Source: Squalus acanthias (lineage: Eukaryota). Taken from it: a DNA stretch of 64,000 nucleotides. Under the pieces are notes generated by a model. It saw only the letters and a program-made list of their open reading frames with translations, was not told the origin of the DNA and did not search any database. The stretch lies in the NCBI GenBank assembly GCA_030390025.1, contig CM059438.1, positions 58,468,001 to 58,532,000 on the forward strand, read 5' to 3'. Position 1 is the first letter of the stretch, and the number at the start of each line of letters is the position of its first letter. The translations under genes were made by a program, and so were the position numbers. Of the stretch, positions 27,901 to 39,103 are shown piece by piece.

Positions 27901-29537
27901 ACGCTGGGGAAATGAGCTGGGTACAGACAGACACTGCGAATGGAGCTGTGTTCAGAAAGACTCTGGGAATGGAGTTGGGCATAGACAGACTCTGGGAATG
28001 GAGCTGGGTACAGACAGACTCTGGGAATGGAGCTGGGTACAGTCAGACTATGGGGAATGGAGCTGGGCACATACAGAATCTGAGAATGCAGATACTTAGA
28101 GAGAGAATCTGGGAATGGAGCTGGGTACAGTCAGATTCTGGATATCGAGCTGAGTACAAATAGACTCTGGGGAATGGAGCAGCGCACAGACAGACTCTGG
28201 GACTGAAGCTGGGTACAGTCAGACTGCGGAATAGCGCTGGGTACAGACAGATTTATGGAATGGAGCTGGGTACAGACAGACACTGGGAATGGAGCTGGTT
28301 ACAGACAGACTCTGGGAATGGAGCTGAGTGCAGCAGACTTTGTGAATAGAGCAAGGTACAGACAGACTCCGGGAATGGAGCTGGGCACAGACACACTCTG
28401 GGAATGGCGCTGGGAACAGAAAGACTCTAGGAATCGAGCTGGGTACCGACAGACTCTGGGATAGGGAGCTGGGTACAGACAGAATCTTGGAATGCAGATA
28501 TGTTGAGAGAGGCTCTGGGAATGGAGCTGGGTACAGTCAGACTCTGGGGAATGGAGCCTGCTACAGACAGACCGCAGAATGGAGCTGGGTACAGACAGAC
28601 ACTGGGAATGGATCTGGGTACAGACAGAAGCTGGGAAATGGAGCTGGGTGCAGACAGACTCTGGGAATGCTGCTGGGTACAGACAGACACTTGGAATGGA
28701 GCTAAGTACAGACAGACTGGGGAATGGAGCTGTGTACAGACAGACTGGGGAATGGAGCTGGGTACAGACAGACTCTGGGAAGTGGAGATGGGTACAGAAT
28801 GTCTCTGGGAATGAAGCTGGGTACAGACGGACTTTGGAAATCGAGCTGTGTACAGACAGAGTCTGGGGAATGGAGCTGTGCACAGACAGACTCTGGGAAT
28901 GGATCTGGGTACTGACAGACTCAGGGGAAAGAATCTGGATACAGACAGTCTCTGTGAATGGAGCTGGGTACAGATAGACTCTGGGAATGGAGCTGAGTAC
29001 AGACAGACTCTGGGAATGGAGCTTGGTACAGCCAGACTCTGGGAATGGAGCTGGGTACAGAGAAACACATGGAATGGAGCTGGGTACAGACAGACCCTGG
29101 GAATGGAGCTGGGTACAGACAGACACTTGGAATGGAGCTGGTTATAGACAGTCTCTGGGAATGGAGCTGGGTACAGAAAGACTCCGGGAATGGAGCTGGG
29201 TACAGACAGACTCTGGTGAATTGAATTGGTTGCAGGCAGATGTTGGGGATGGGAGGAGGGTACATACAGACTCTGGGAGTGGAGTTGGTTACAGATAGAC
29301 TCTGTGAATGGAGCTGGGTACAGACAGACTCTGGGAATGGAGCTGAGTACAGACAGACTCTGGGAATGGAGCTGGGTGCAGACAGACTCTGGGAATGAAG
29401 CTGGGTACAGTCAGACTGCGAAATGGTGCTGGGTACAGACAGATGCATGGAATGGAGCTGGGTACAGACAGACACTGGAAATGGTACTGGGTACAGAATG
29501 ACTCTGGGAATGGAGCTGGGCACAGAGAGACGCCGGG

Positions 29538-31343
29538 AAAATAGAATATGAAAGTAAGCTTTCAGGGAACATAAAAACTGACTGTAAGAGCTTTTATAGA
29601 TATGTGAAGAGAAATAGATTAGTGAAATCAAGTGTAGGTCCCTTGCAGTCAGAAGCGGGGTAAGTTATAATGGGGAACAAAGAAATGGCAGACCAATTCA
29701 ATGCATATTTTGATTCTGTCTTCACAAAGGAGGACACAAATAACCTCCCAGAGATGTTGGAGAACATACGGTCTGATGAAAGGGAGGAACCGAAAGAAAT
29801 CAGTATTTGCAGGGAAATGGTGTTAGGGAAATTGACGGGATTGAAGGCCGATAAATCCCCAGGGCCTGATAATCTACATCCTAGGGTACTTAAGGAAGTG
29901 GCCCTAGAAATAGTAGATGCATTGCTGATCATCTTCCAACATTCGATGGAATCTGGAACTGTACCCATGGATTGGATGGTAGCTAATGTTACCCCACTAT
30001 TCAAAAAGGGTGGTAGAGAGAAAGTGGGGAATTACAGACTGGTAAGCCTGACATCGGTAGTGGGGAAAATGCTAGAGTCCATTATAAAGGATGTAATAGC
30101 TGAGCACTTGAAAAACAGTGACAGGATCGGACAAAGTCAACATGGATTTACAAAAGGTAAATCGTGCTTGACTAATCTACTGGAATTTTTTGAGGATGTA
30201 ACTGGGAAAATAGATAAGGGAGAACCAGTAGATGTGGTGTATTTGGACTTTCAAAAGGCTTTCGATAAGGTCCCGCATAAGAAATTACCATGTAAAGTTA
30301 AGGCACATGGGATTGGGGGCAAGGTATTGACTTGGATAGAGAACTGGTTGGCGGACAGAAAGCAGAGAGTAGGAATTAATGGGTCTTTTTCCGAGCAGCA
30401 AGCAGTGACTAGTGGGGTACCGCAGGGATCGGTCCTTGGACCCCAGCTATTCACAATATACATTAATGATCTAGATAAGGGAACTAAATGTAATATCTCC
30501 AAGTTTGCAGATGACACAAAGCTGGGTGGGAGTGTGTGCTACGAAGAGGATACCGAGAAACTCCAGGATGATTTGGACAGGTTGGGTGAGTGGGCAGAAG
30601 CATGGCAGATGCAATATAACGTGGATAAATGCGAGGTTATCCACTTTGGTGTCAAAAACAGAAAGGCAGACTATTATCCGAATGGCAATAGATTGGGAGA
30701 AGGGGAAGTGCAACGAGACCTGGGTGTCCTTGTGCACCAGTCGCTGAAGGTAAGCATGCAGGTGCAGCAGGCGGTGAAGAAGGCAAATGGTATGTTGGCC
30801 TTCATAGCGAAAGGGTTTGAGTATAGGAACAGGGATGTCCTGCTGCAGTTGTACAGGGCCTTGGTGAGACCACACCTTGAGTATTGTGTGCAGTTTTGGT
30901 CGCCTTATCTGAGGAAGGATGTTCTTGCCATGGAAGGAGTTCAGCGAAGATTCACAAGGCTGATACCTGGGATGGCAGGAATGACATATGAGGAGAGATT
31001 GGGACGATTGGGCTTATACTCGCTGGAGTAGAGACGAATAAGAGGGGATCTCATCGAAACATGTAAAATTCTGACAGGTCTGGACAAACTAGATGCAGGA
31101 AGAATGTTCCCGATGGTCGGACAGTCCAGAACCAGGGGTCATAATCTAAGGATAAGGGGTAAGCCATTTAGGACAGAAATGAGGAAGAATTTCTTCACCC
31201 AGAGAGTGGTGAACCTGTGGAATTCTCTACCACAGAAGGTAGTTGAGGCGAAGTCATTAAATATATTCAAGAATGAGTTAGATATATTTCTTAAAGCTAA
31301 AGGTATCAAGGGATATGGGGAGCAGGCAGGGACAGGGTACTGA
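29538..31343 (+). pseudogene. CR1 ORF2 remnant (linker, reverse transcriptase, C-terminal domain) with two in-frame stops; 453-aa open segment at 29670-31031
   Basis: One reading frame: KIEYESKLSGNIKTDCKSFYRYVKRNRLVKSSVGPLQSEAG*VIMGNKEM...LGLYSLE*RRIRGDLIETCKIL...GYGEQAGTGY*. Stops are TAA 29661-29663 and TAG 31029-31031. The 79-aa ORF at 31104 is in the same frame. Confidence 0.92.
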
Positions 31344-31439
31344 GTTTGGATGATCAGCCATGATCTCCTCGAATGGCGGAGCAGGCTCGAAGGGCCGAAT
31401 GGCCTACTCCTACTCCTATCTTCTATGTTTCTATGTATG
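31344..31439 (+). other. CR1 3' UTR with predicted stem-loops and terminal 8-bp repeat (RT recognition tail); also at 39008-39103 and 46438-46533
   Basis: GCCAT (31357-31361) can pair with ATGGC (31373-31377). GGCC-GAAT-GGCC hairpin at 31393-31404. TTCTATGT x2 at 31421-31436. From memory it resembles the 3' tail shared by shark HE1 SINE and HER1 LINE. Confidence 0.8.
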
Positions 31440-34400
31440 AGCTGGGTACAGACAGACTCTGGGAATGGAGTTGGGTACCGACAGACTCTGGGGAATGGAG
31501 CTGGGTACAGATAGAATCTTGGAATGCAGATATGTAGAGAGAGACTCTGGGAATGGAGCTGGGTACAGTCAGACTCTGGGAATCGAGCTGTGTACAGACA
31601 GACTTCTTGAATGGAGCAGGGTACAGACAGACACACGGGAATGGAGCTGGGTACAGATAGTATCTTGGAATGCAGATATGTAGAGAGAGACGCTGGGAAT
31701 AGAGCTGGGTACAGTCAGACTCTGGGAATCGAGCTGTGTACAGACAGACTTCTTGAATGGAGCTGGGTACAGACAGACGCTGGGGAATGGAGCCTGGTAC
31801 AGACAGACTGCAGAATGGAGCTGGGTACAGACAGACTATGGCAATGGTGCTGGGTACAGAGAGACTCTGGGGAATGGAGTTGGGTACTGACAGACACTGG
31901 GGAATGGAGCTGGGTACAGACTGACACTGCGAATGGAGCCGGGTACAGCCAGGAACTTGGAATGGAGCTGAGTACAGACAGATTCTGGGATTGGAGCTGA
32001 GTGCAGGCTGTCTCCGTGAATAGAGCAGTGTACAGACAGACTCCGGGAATGGAGCTGGGCATAGACAGACTCAGGAAATGGAGCTGGGTACAGTCAGACT
32101 CTGGGGAATGGAGCTGGGCACAGACAGACTCTGGGAATTGAGCTGGGTACAGACAGACTCTGGGAATGGAGCTGGGTACAGATAGAATCTTGGAAAGCAG
32201 ATATGTAGAGAGAGACTCTGGGAATGGAGCTGGGTACAGTCAGACTCTGGGAATCGAGCTGTGTACAGACAGACTTCTTGAATGGAGCAGGGTACAGACA
32301 GACACACGGGAATGGAGCTGGGTACAGATAGTATCTTGGAATGCAGATATGTAGAGCGAGACGCTGGGAATAGAGCTGGGTACAGTCAGACTCTGGGAAT
32401 CGAGCTGTGTACAGACAGACTTCTTGAATGGAGCTGGGTACAGACAGACACTGCGAATGGAGCCGGGTACAGCCAGGAACTTGGAATGGAGCTGAGTACA
32501 GACAGATTCTGGGATTGGAGCTGAGTGCAGGCTGTCTCCGTGAATAGAGCAGTGTACAGACAGACTCCGGGAATGGAGCTGGGCATAGACAGACTCAGGA
32601 AATGGAGCTGGGTACAGTCAGACTCTGGGGAATGGAGCTGGGCACAGACAGACTCTGGGAATTGAGCTGGGTACAGACAGACTCTGGGAATGGAGATGGG
32701 TACAGAGAGACACTTGGAATCGAGCTGGGGATAGACAGTCTCTGGGATTGGAGCTGGCTACAGACAGACTCTGGTGAATTGAGCTGTGTACAGACAGATG
32801 CTGGGGAAGGGAGCAGGGTACAGACAGACTCTAGGAATGGAGCTGGATACAGACAGACTCCGATAATGCAGCTGAATACAGACAGACTCTGGGAATGTAG
32901 CTGGGTACAGACAGATTGCGGAATGGTGCTGTGTACAGACAGACTTCTGGAATGGAGCTGGGTACAGACAGACACTGGGAATGGAGCTGGGTACAGACAC
33001 ACTCTGGGAATGGAGCTGGGTACAGATAGACTCTGGGAATCGAGCTGGGTACCGACAGACTCTGGGGAATGGAGCTCGGTACAGACAGATTCTTGGAATG
33101 GAGCTGGGTACAGACAGACTCTGGGAATGGAGCTGGGTACAGAGAGACTCTGGGAATGGAACTGCATACAGACAGACTCTGGGAATGGAGCTGGGTACAG
33201 ACAGACTCTGTGAATCGAGCTGGGTACAGACATACTCCGGGAATGGAGCTGGGTACAGTCAGACTCTGGGGAATGGAGCTGGGTACATACAGACACAGGC
33301 GAAGGGAGCAGGGTACAGACAGACGCTGGGAATGGCGCTGGGTACAGACAGTCTGGGGAATCAAATCTTGTTACACACAGACTCTGGGGAATGGAGCTGT
33401 GTACAGACATACACTTGGGAATAGAGCTGGGTACAGACAGACTCCGTGAATGTAGCTGAGCACAGACAGATTCTGGGAATGGAGTTTGGTACAGACAGAC
33501 TACCGGAATGGAGCTGGGTATAGTCAGACTCTGCTGAATTGAGCTGGATACAGATGGATGCTGGGAAAGGGAGTTGGGTACAGACAGACGCCGGGAATGG
33601 AGCTGGGCACAGACAGACTCTGGGAATGAAGCTGGGTACAGACAGAGTCTGGGAATGGAGTTTGGTACAGACAGACTACCGGAATGGAGCTGGGTATAGT
33701 CAGACTCTGCTGAATTGAGCTGGATACAGATGGATGCTGGGAAAGGGAGTTGGGTACAGACAGACGCCGGGAATGGAGCTGGGCACAGACAGACTCTGGG
33801 GAAATGTACTGGGTACAGACAGAAACTGGGAATGCAGATAGGTAGAGAGAAACTCTGGGAATGGAGCTGGGTATAGTCAGACTCTGGGAATCGAGCTGTG
33901 TACAGACAGAATCTGGGGAACGGAGATGAGTACAGACAGATTCTATGAATGGAGCTGGGAACAGATAGACTTGGGAATGGAGCTGGTACAGACTGACTCT
34001 GGGAATGGAGCTTGGAAAACACAGAATCTGGGAATGCAGCTGGGTACAGACAGATTCTGGGGAATGGAGCTGGATACAGACAGATTTTGAGAATTCAGAT
34101 AGGCAGAGAGAAACTCTGGGAATGGAGCTGGGTACAGTCAGACTCTGGGAATCGAGCAGTGTGCAGACAGAATCTGGGGAACGGAGATGAGTACAGACAG
34201 ATTCTCTGAATGGAGCTGGGAACAGATAGACTTGGGAATGGAGCTGGGTACAGACAGACTCTGGGAATGCTACTGGGTACAGACAGACACTTGGAATGGA
34301 GCTAAGTACAGACAGACTGGGGAATGGAGCTGGATAATGACAGACTCTGGTGAATTGAGCTGTGTACAGACAGATGCTGGGGAAGGGAACAAGGTACATG

Positions 34401-37203
34401 CAGACTTTGGGAATGTAATTGGTTACAGACAGACTCTGGGAATGGAGCTGGATACAGACAGACTCCAGTAATGCAGCTTGGTACAGACAGACTCTGGGAA
34501 TGTAGCTGGGTGCAGACAGACTCTGGGAATGGAGCTGAGAGCAGGTACACTTTGTGAATAGAGCAGGGTACAGACAAACTCCGGGAATGGAGCTGGGCAC
34601 AGTCACACTCTGGGAATGGAGCTGGGAGAACGACAGACTCTGGGGAATGGAGCAGTGTACAGACAGAATCTGGGAATAAAGATATGTAGAGAAAGAGTCT
34701 TTGGAATGGAGCTGGGTACAGTCAGACACTGGACATCTAGCTGTGTGCAGACAGACTTCTTGAATGGAGCCTGGTACAGACAGACTGCAGAATGGAGCTG
34801 GATACAGACAGACTGTGGGAATGGAGCTGGGTGCAGTCAAATGCTGGAGAAGGGAGCTGGGTACAGACGGAGTCTGGGAATGGAGCTGGGTACAAATAGA
34901 CTGGGGAATGGAGCTGGGTACAGAGAGACACTGCGAATGGAGCTGGGTACAGACAGACTCTGGGAATGGAGTTGGGTACCGACAGAATCTGGGGAATGGA
35001 GCTGGGTACAGACAGACTCTGGGAATGGAGATAGGTGCAAACAGACTGGGGAACCGATCTGGGTATATACAGACACTGGAAATTGAGCTGGGTACAGAGA
35101 GACTGGGGAATGGAGCTGGGAACAGACAGACACTTGGAATGGAGCTGGGTACAGACAGACGCTGGGATTGGAGCTGGGTGCAGGCAGACTCTGTGAATGG
35201 AGCTGGGTACAGACAGACTCTGAGAATGCAGATACTTAGAGAGAGAATCTGGGAATGGAGCTGGGTACAGTCAGATTCTGGATATCGAGCTGTGTACAGA
35301 CAGATTCTGGGGAATGTAGCTGCGCACAGACAGACTCTGGGACTGAAGCTGGGTACAGTCAGACTGCGGAATGGTGCTGGGTACAGACAGATTTATGGAA
35401 TGGAGCTGGGTACAGACAGACACTGGGAATGGAGCTGGGTACAGTCAGACTCTGGGAAACGAGCTATGTACAGACAGACTTCTTGAATGGAGCTGGGTAC
35501 AGACAGACGCTGGGAATCGAGCTGTGTACAGACAGACTTCTTGAATGGAGCTGGGTACAGACAGACGCTGGGGAAATGAGCTGGGTACAGACAGACACTG
35601 CGAATGGAGCTGTGTTCAGAAAGACTCTGGGAATGGAGTTGGGCATAGACAGACTCTGGGAATGGAGCTGGGTACAGACAGACTCTGGGAATGGAGCTGG
35701 GTACAGTCAGACTATGGGGAATGGAGCTGGGCACATACAGAATCTGAGAATGCAGATACTTAGAGAGAGAATCTGGGAATGGAGCTGGGTACAGTCAGAT
35801 TCTGGATATCGAGCTGAGTACAAATAGACTCTGGGGAATGGAGCAGCGCACAGACAGACTCTGGGACTGAAGCTGGGTACAGTCAGACTGCGGAATAGCG
35901 CTGGGTACAGACAGATTTATGGAATGGAGCTGGGTACAGACAGACACTGGGAATGGAGCTGGTTACAGACAGACTCTGGGAATGGAGCTGAGTGCAGCAG
36001 ACTTTGTGAATAGAGCAAGGTACAGACAGACTCCGGGAATGGAGCTGGGCACAGACACACTCTGGGAATGGCGCTGGGAACAGAAAGACTCTAGGAATCG
36101 AGCTGGGTACCGACAGACTCTGGGATAGGGAGCTGGGTACAGACAGAATCTTGGAATGCAGATATGTTGAGAGAGGCTCTGGGAATGGAGCTGGGTACAG
36201 TCAGACTCTGGGGAATGGAGCCTGCTACAGACAGACCGCAGAATGGAGCTGGGTACAGACAGACACTGGGAATGGATCTGGGTACAGACAGAAGCTGGGA
36301 AATGGAGCTGGGTGCAGACAGACTCTGGGAATGCTGCTGGGTACAGACAGACACTTGGAATGGAGCTAAGTACAGACAGACTGGGGAATGGAGCTGTGTA
36401 CAGACAGACTGGGGAATGGAGCTGGGTACAGACAGACTCTGGGAAGTGGAGATGGGTACAGAATGTCTCTGGGAATGAAGCTGGGTACAGACGGACTTTG
36501 GAAATCGAGCTGTGTACAGACAGAGTCTGGGGAATGGAGCTGTGCACAGACAGACTCTGGGAATGGATCTGGGTACTGACAGACTCAGGGGAAAGAATCT
36601 GGATACAGACAGTCTCTGTGAATGGAGCTGGGTACAGATAGACTCTGGGAATGGAGCTGAGTACAGACAGACTCTGGGAATGGAGCTTGGTACAGCCAGA
36701 CTCTGGGAATGGAGCTGGGTACAGAGAAACACATGGAATGGAGCTGGGTACAGACAGACCCTGGGAATGGAGCTGGGTACAGACAGACACTTGGAATGGA
36801 GCTGGTTATAGACAGTCTCTGGGAATGGAGCTGGGTACAGAAAGACTCCGGGAATGGAGCTGGGTACAGACAGACTCTGGTGAATTGAATTGGTTGCAGG
36901 CAGATGTTGGGGATGGGAGGAGGGTACATACAGACTCTGGGAGTGGAGTTGGTTACAGATAGACTCTGTGAATGGAGCTGGGTACAGACAGACTCTGGGA
37001 ATGGAGCTGAGTACAGACAGACTCTGGGAATGGAGCTGGGTGCAGACAGACTCTGGGAATGAAGCTGGGTACAGTCAGACTGCGAAATGGTGCTGGGTAC
37101 AGACAGATGCATGGAATGGAGCTGGGTACAGACAGACACTGGAAATGGTACTGGGTACAGAATGACTCTGGGAATGGAGCTGGGCACAGAGAGACGCCGG
37201 GAA
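31437..37203 (+). repeat. Same 29/30-bp satellite, between LINE copies 1 and 2
   Basis: Monomer resumes at ATGAGCTGGGTACAGACAGACTCT right after the LINE tail and ends at GACGCCGGGAA. Confidence 0.98.
31490..32690 (+). repeat. Nested ~670/524-bp duplication inside every C unit (also ~39154-40354 and ~46584-47784)
   Basis: GACACACGGGAA...GATAGTATCTTGG recurs at +671 and AGCCAGGAACTTGG...GCTGTCTCCGTG at +524, so the second copy lacks 147 bp. Boundaries are approximate. Confidence 0.8.
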
Positions 37204-39103
37204 AATAGAATATGAAAGTAAGCTTTCAGGGAACATAAAAACTGACTGTAAGAGCTTTTATAGATATGTGAAGAGAAATAGATTAGTGAAATCAAGTGTA
37301 GGTCCCTTGCAGTCAGAAGCGGGGTAAGTTATAATGGGGAACAAAGAAATGGCAGACCAATTAAATGCATATTTTGATTCTGTCTTCACAAAGGAGGACA
37401 CAAATAACCTCCCAGAGATGTTGGAGAACATACGGTCTGATGAAAGGGAGGAACCGAAAGAAATCAGTATTTGCAGGGAAATGGTGTTAGGGAAATTGAC
37501 GGGATTGAAGGCCGATAAATCCCCAGGGCCTGATAATCTACATCCTAGGGTACTTAAGGAAGTGGCCCTAGAAATAGTAGATGCATTGCTGATCATCTTC
37601 CAACATTCGATGGAATCTGGAACTGTACCCATGGATTGGATGGTAGCTAATGTTACCCCACTATTCAAAAAGGGTGGTAGAGAGAAAGTGGGGAATTACA
37701 GACTGGTAAGCCTGACATCGGTAGTGGGGAAAATGCTAGAGTCCATTATAAAGGATGTAATAGCTGAGCACTTGAAAAACAGTGACAGGATCGGACAAAG
37801 TCAACATGGATTTACAAAAGGTAAATCGTGCTTGACTAATCTACTGGAATTTTTTGAGGATGTAACTGGGAAAATAGATAAGGGAGAACCAGTAGATGTG
37901 GTGTATTTGGACTTTCAAAAGGCTTTCGATAAGGTCCCGCATAAGAAATTACCATGTAAAGTTAAGGCACATGGGATTGGGGGCAAGGTATTGACTTGGA
38001 TAGAGAACTGGTTGGCGGACAGAAAGCAGAGAGTAGGAATTAATGGGTCTTTTTCCGAGCAGCAAGCAGTGACTAGTGGGGTACCGCAGGGATCGGTCCT
38101 TGGACCCCAGCTATTCACAATATACATTAATGATCTAGATAAGGGAACTAAATGTAATATCTCCAAGTTTGCAGATGACACAAAGCTGGGTGGGAGTGTG
38201 TGCTACGAAGAGGATACCGAGAAACTCCAGGATGATTTGGACAGGTTGGGTGAGTGGGCAGAAGCATGGCAGATGCAATATAACGTGGATAAATGCGAGG
38301 TTATCCACTTTGGTGTCAAAAACAGAAAGGCAGACTATTATCCGAATGGCAATAGATTGGGAGAAGGGGAAGTGCAACGAGACCTGGGTGTCCTTGTGCA
38401 CCAGTCGCTGAAGGTAAGCATGCAGGTGCAGCAGGCGGTGAAGAAGGCAAATGGTATGTTGGCCTTCATAGCGAAAGGGTTTGAGTATAGGAACAGGGAT
38501 GTCCTGCTGCAGTTGTACAGGGCCTTGGTGAGACCACACCTTGAGTATTGTGTGCAGTTTTGGTCGCCTTATCTGAGGAAGGATGTTCTTGCCATGGAAG
38601 GAGTTCAGCGAAGATTCACAAGGCTGATACCTGGGATGGCAGGAATGACATATGAGGAGAGATTGGGACGATTGGGCTTATACTCGCTGGAGTAGAGACG
38701 AATAAGAGGGGATCTCATCGAAACATGTAAAATTCTGACAGGTCTGGACAAACTAGATGCAGGAAGAATGTTCCCGATGGTCGGACAGTCCAGAACCAGG
38801 GGTCATAATCTACGGATAACGGGTAAGCCATTTAGGACAGAAATGAGGAAGAATTTCTTCACCCAGAGAGTGGTGAACCTGTGGAATTCTCTACCACAGA
38901 AGGTAGTTGAGGCGAAGTCATTAAATATATTCAAGAATGAGTTAGATATATTTCTTAAAGCTAAAGGTATCAAGGGATATGGGGAGCAGGCAGGGACAGG
39001 GTACTGAGTTTGGATGATCAGCCATGATCTCCTCGAATGGCGGAGCAGGCTCGAAGGGCCGAATGGCCTACTCCTACTCCTATCTTCTATGTTTCTATGT
39101 ATG
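37199..39103 (+). mobile_element. 5'-truncated CR1-clade LINE, copy 2
   Basis: Copy 1 shifted by 7664 bp with identical junctions. Differences noticed versus copy 1: 37363 A vs 29699 C, 38813 C vs 31149 A, 38820 C vs 31156 G. Confidence 0.96.
37202..39007 (+). pseudogene. CR1 ORF2 remnant, copy 2; open segment 37334-38695
   Basis: Same frame and same two stops (TAA 37325-37327, TAG 38693-38695). Confidence 0.92.

Larger units (their letters stand above)
1..29539 (+). repeat. 29/30-bp G/purine-rich tandem satellite (consensus GGGAATGGAGCTGGGTACAGACAGACTCT), left segment; runs off the window start
   Basis: Monomer read directly and continuously, head-to-tail, with substitutions and 1-2 bp indels. 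Consensus composition is 11 G, 8 A, 5 C, 5 T. Confidence 0.98.
29535..31439 (+). mobile_element. 5'-truncated CR1-clade LINE (chondrichthyan HER1-like), copy 1
   Basis: Non-LTR RT motifs KSPGPD, NYRxVSLTS, QHGF, YLDFQKAFDKVPH, GVPQGSVLGP and FADD. CR1-typical C-terminus (LYRALVRPHLEYCVQFWSP, RTRGH, FFTQRVVNLWNSLP). Short 3' UTR ending in (TTCTATGT)2. No ORF1 or endonuclease domain. Confidence 0.96.

Noticed and set aside
29664..29670. TATAA as a promoter for the RT ORF
   Set aside because: It overlaps the ATG and is ordinary ORF2 coding sequence.
29594..30875. Antisense and alternate-frame ORFs over the LINE (136, 88, 134 and 80 aa, and their copies)
   Set aside because: These are shadow ORFs of the RT coding region with no independent support.
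31310..31390. Satellite derived from the LINE 3' end (GGGGAGCAGG...CAGGGTAC, GAATGGCGGAGCAGG resemble monomer parts)
   Set aside because: The matches are short, gapped and expected between two purine-rich sequences.
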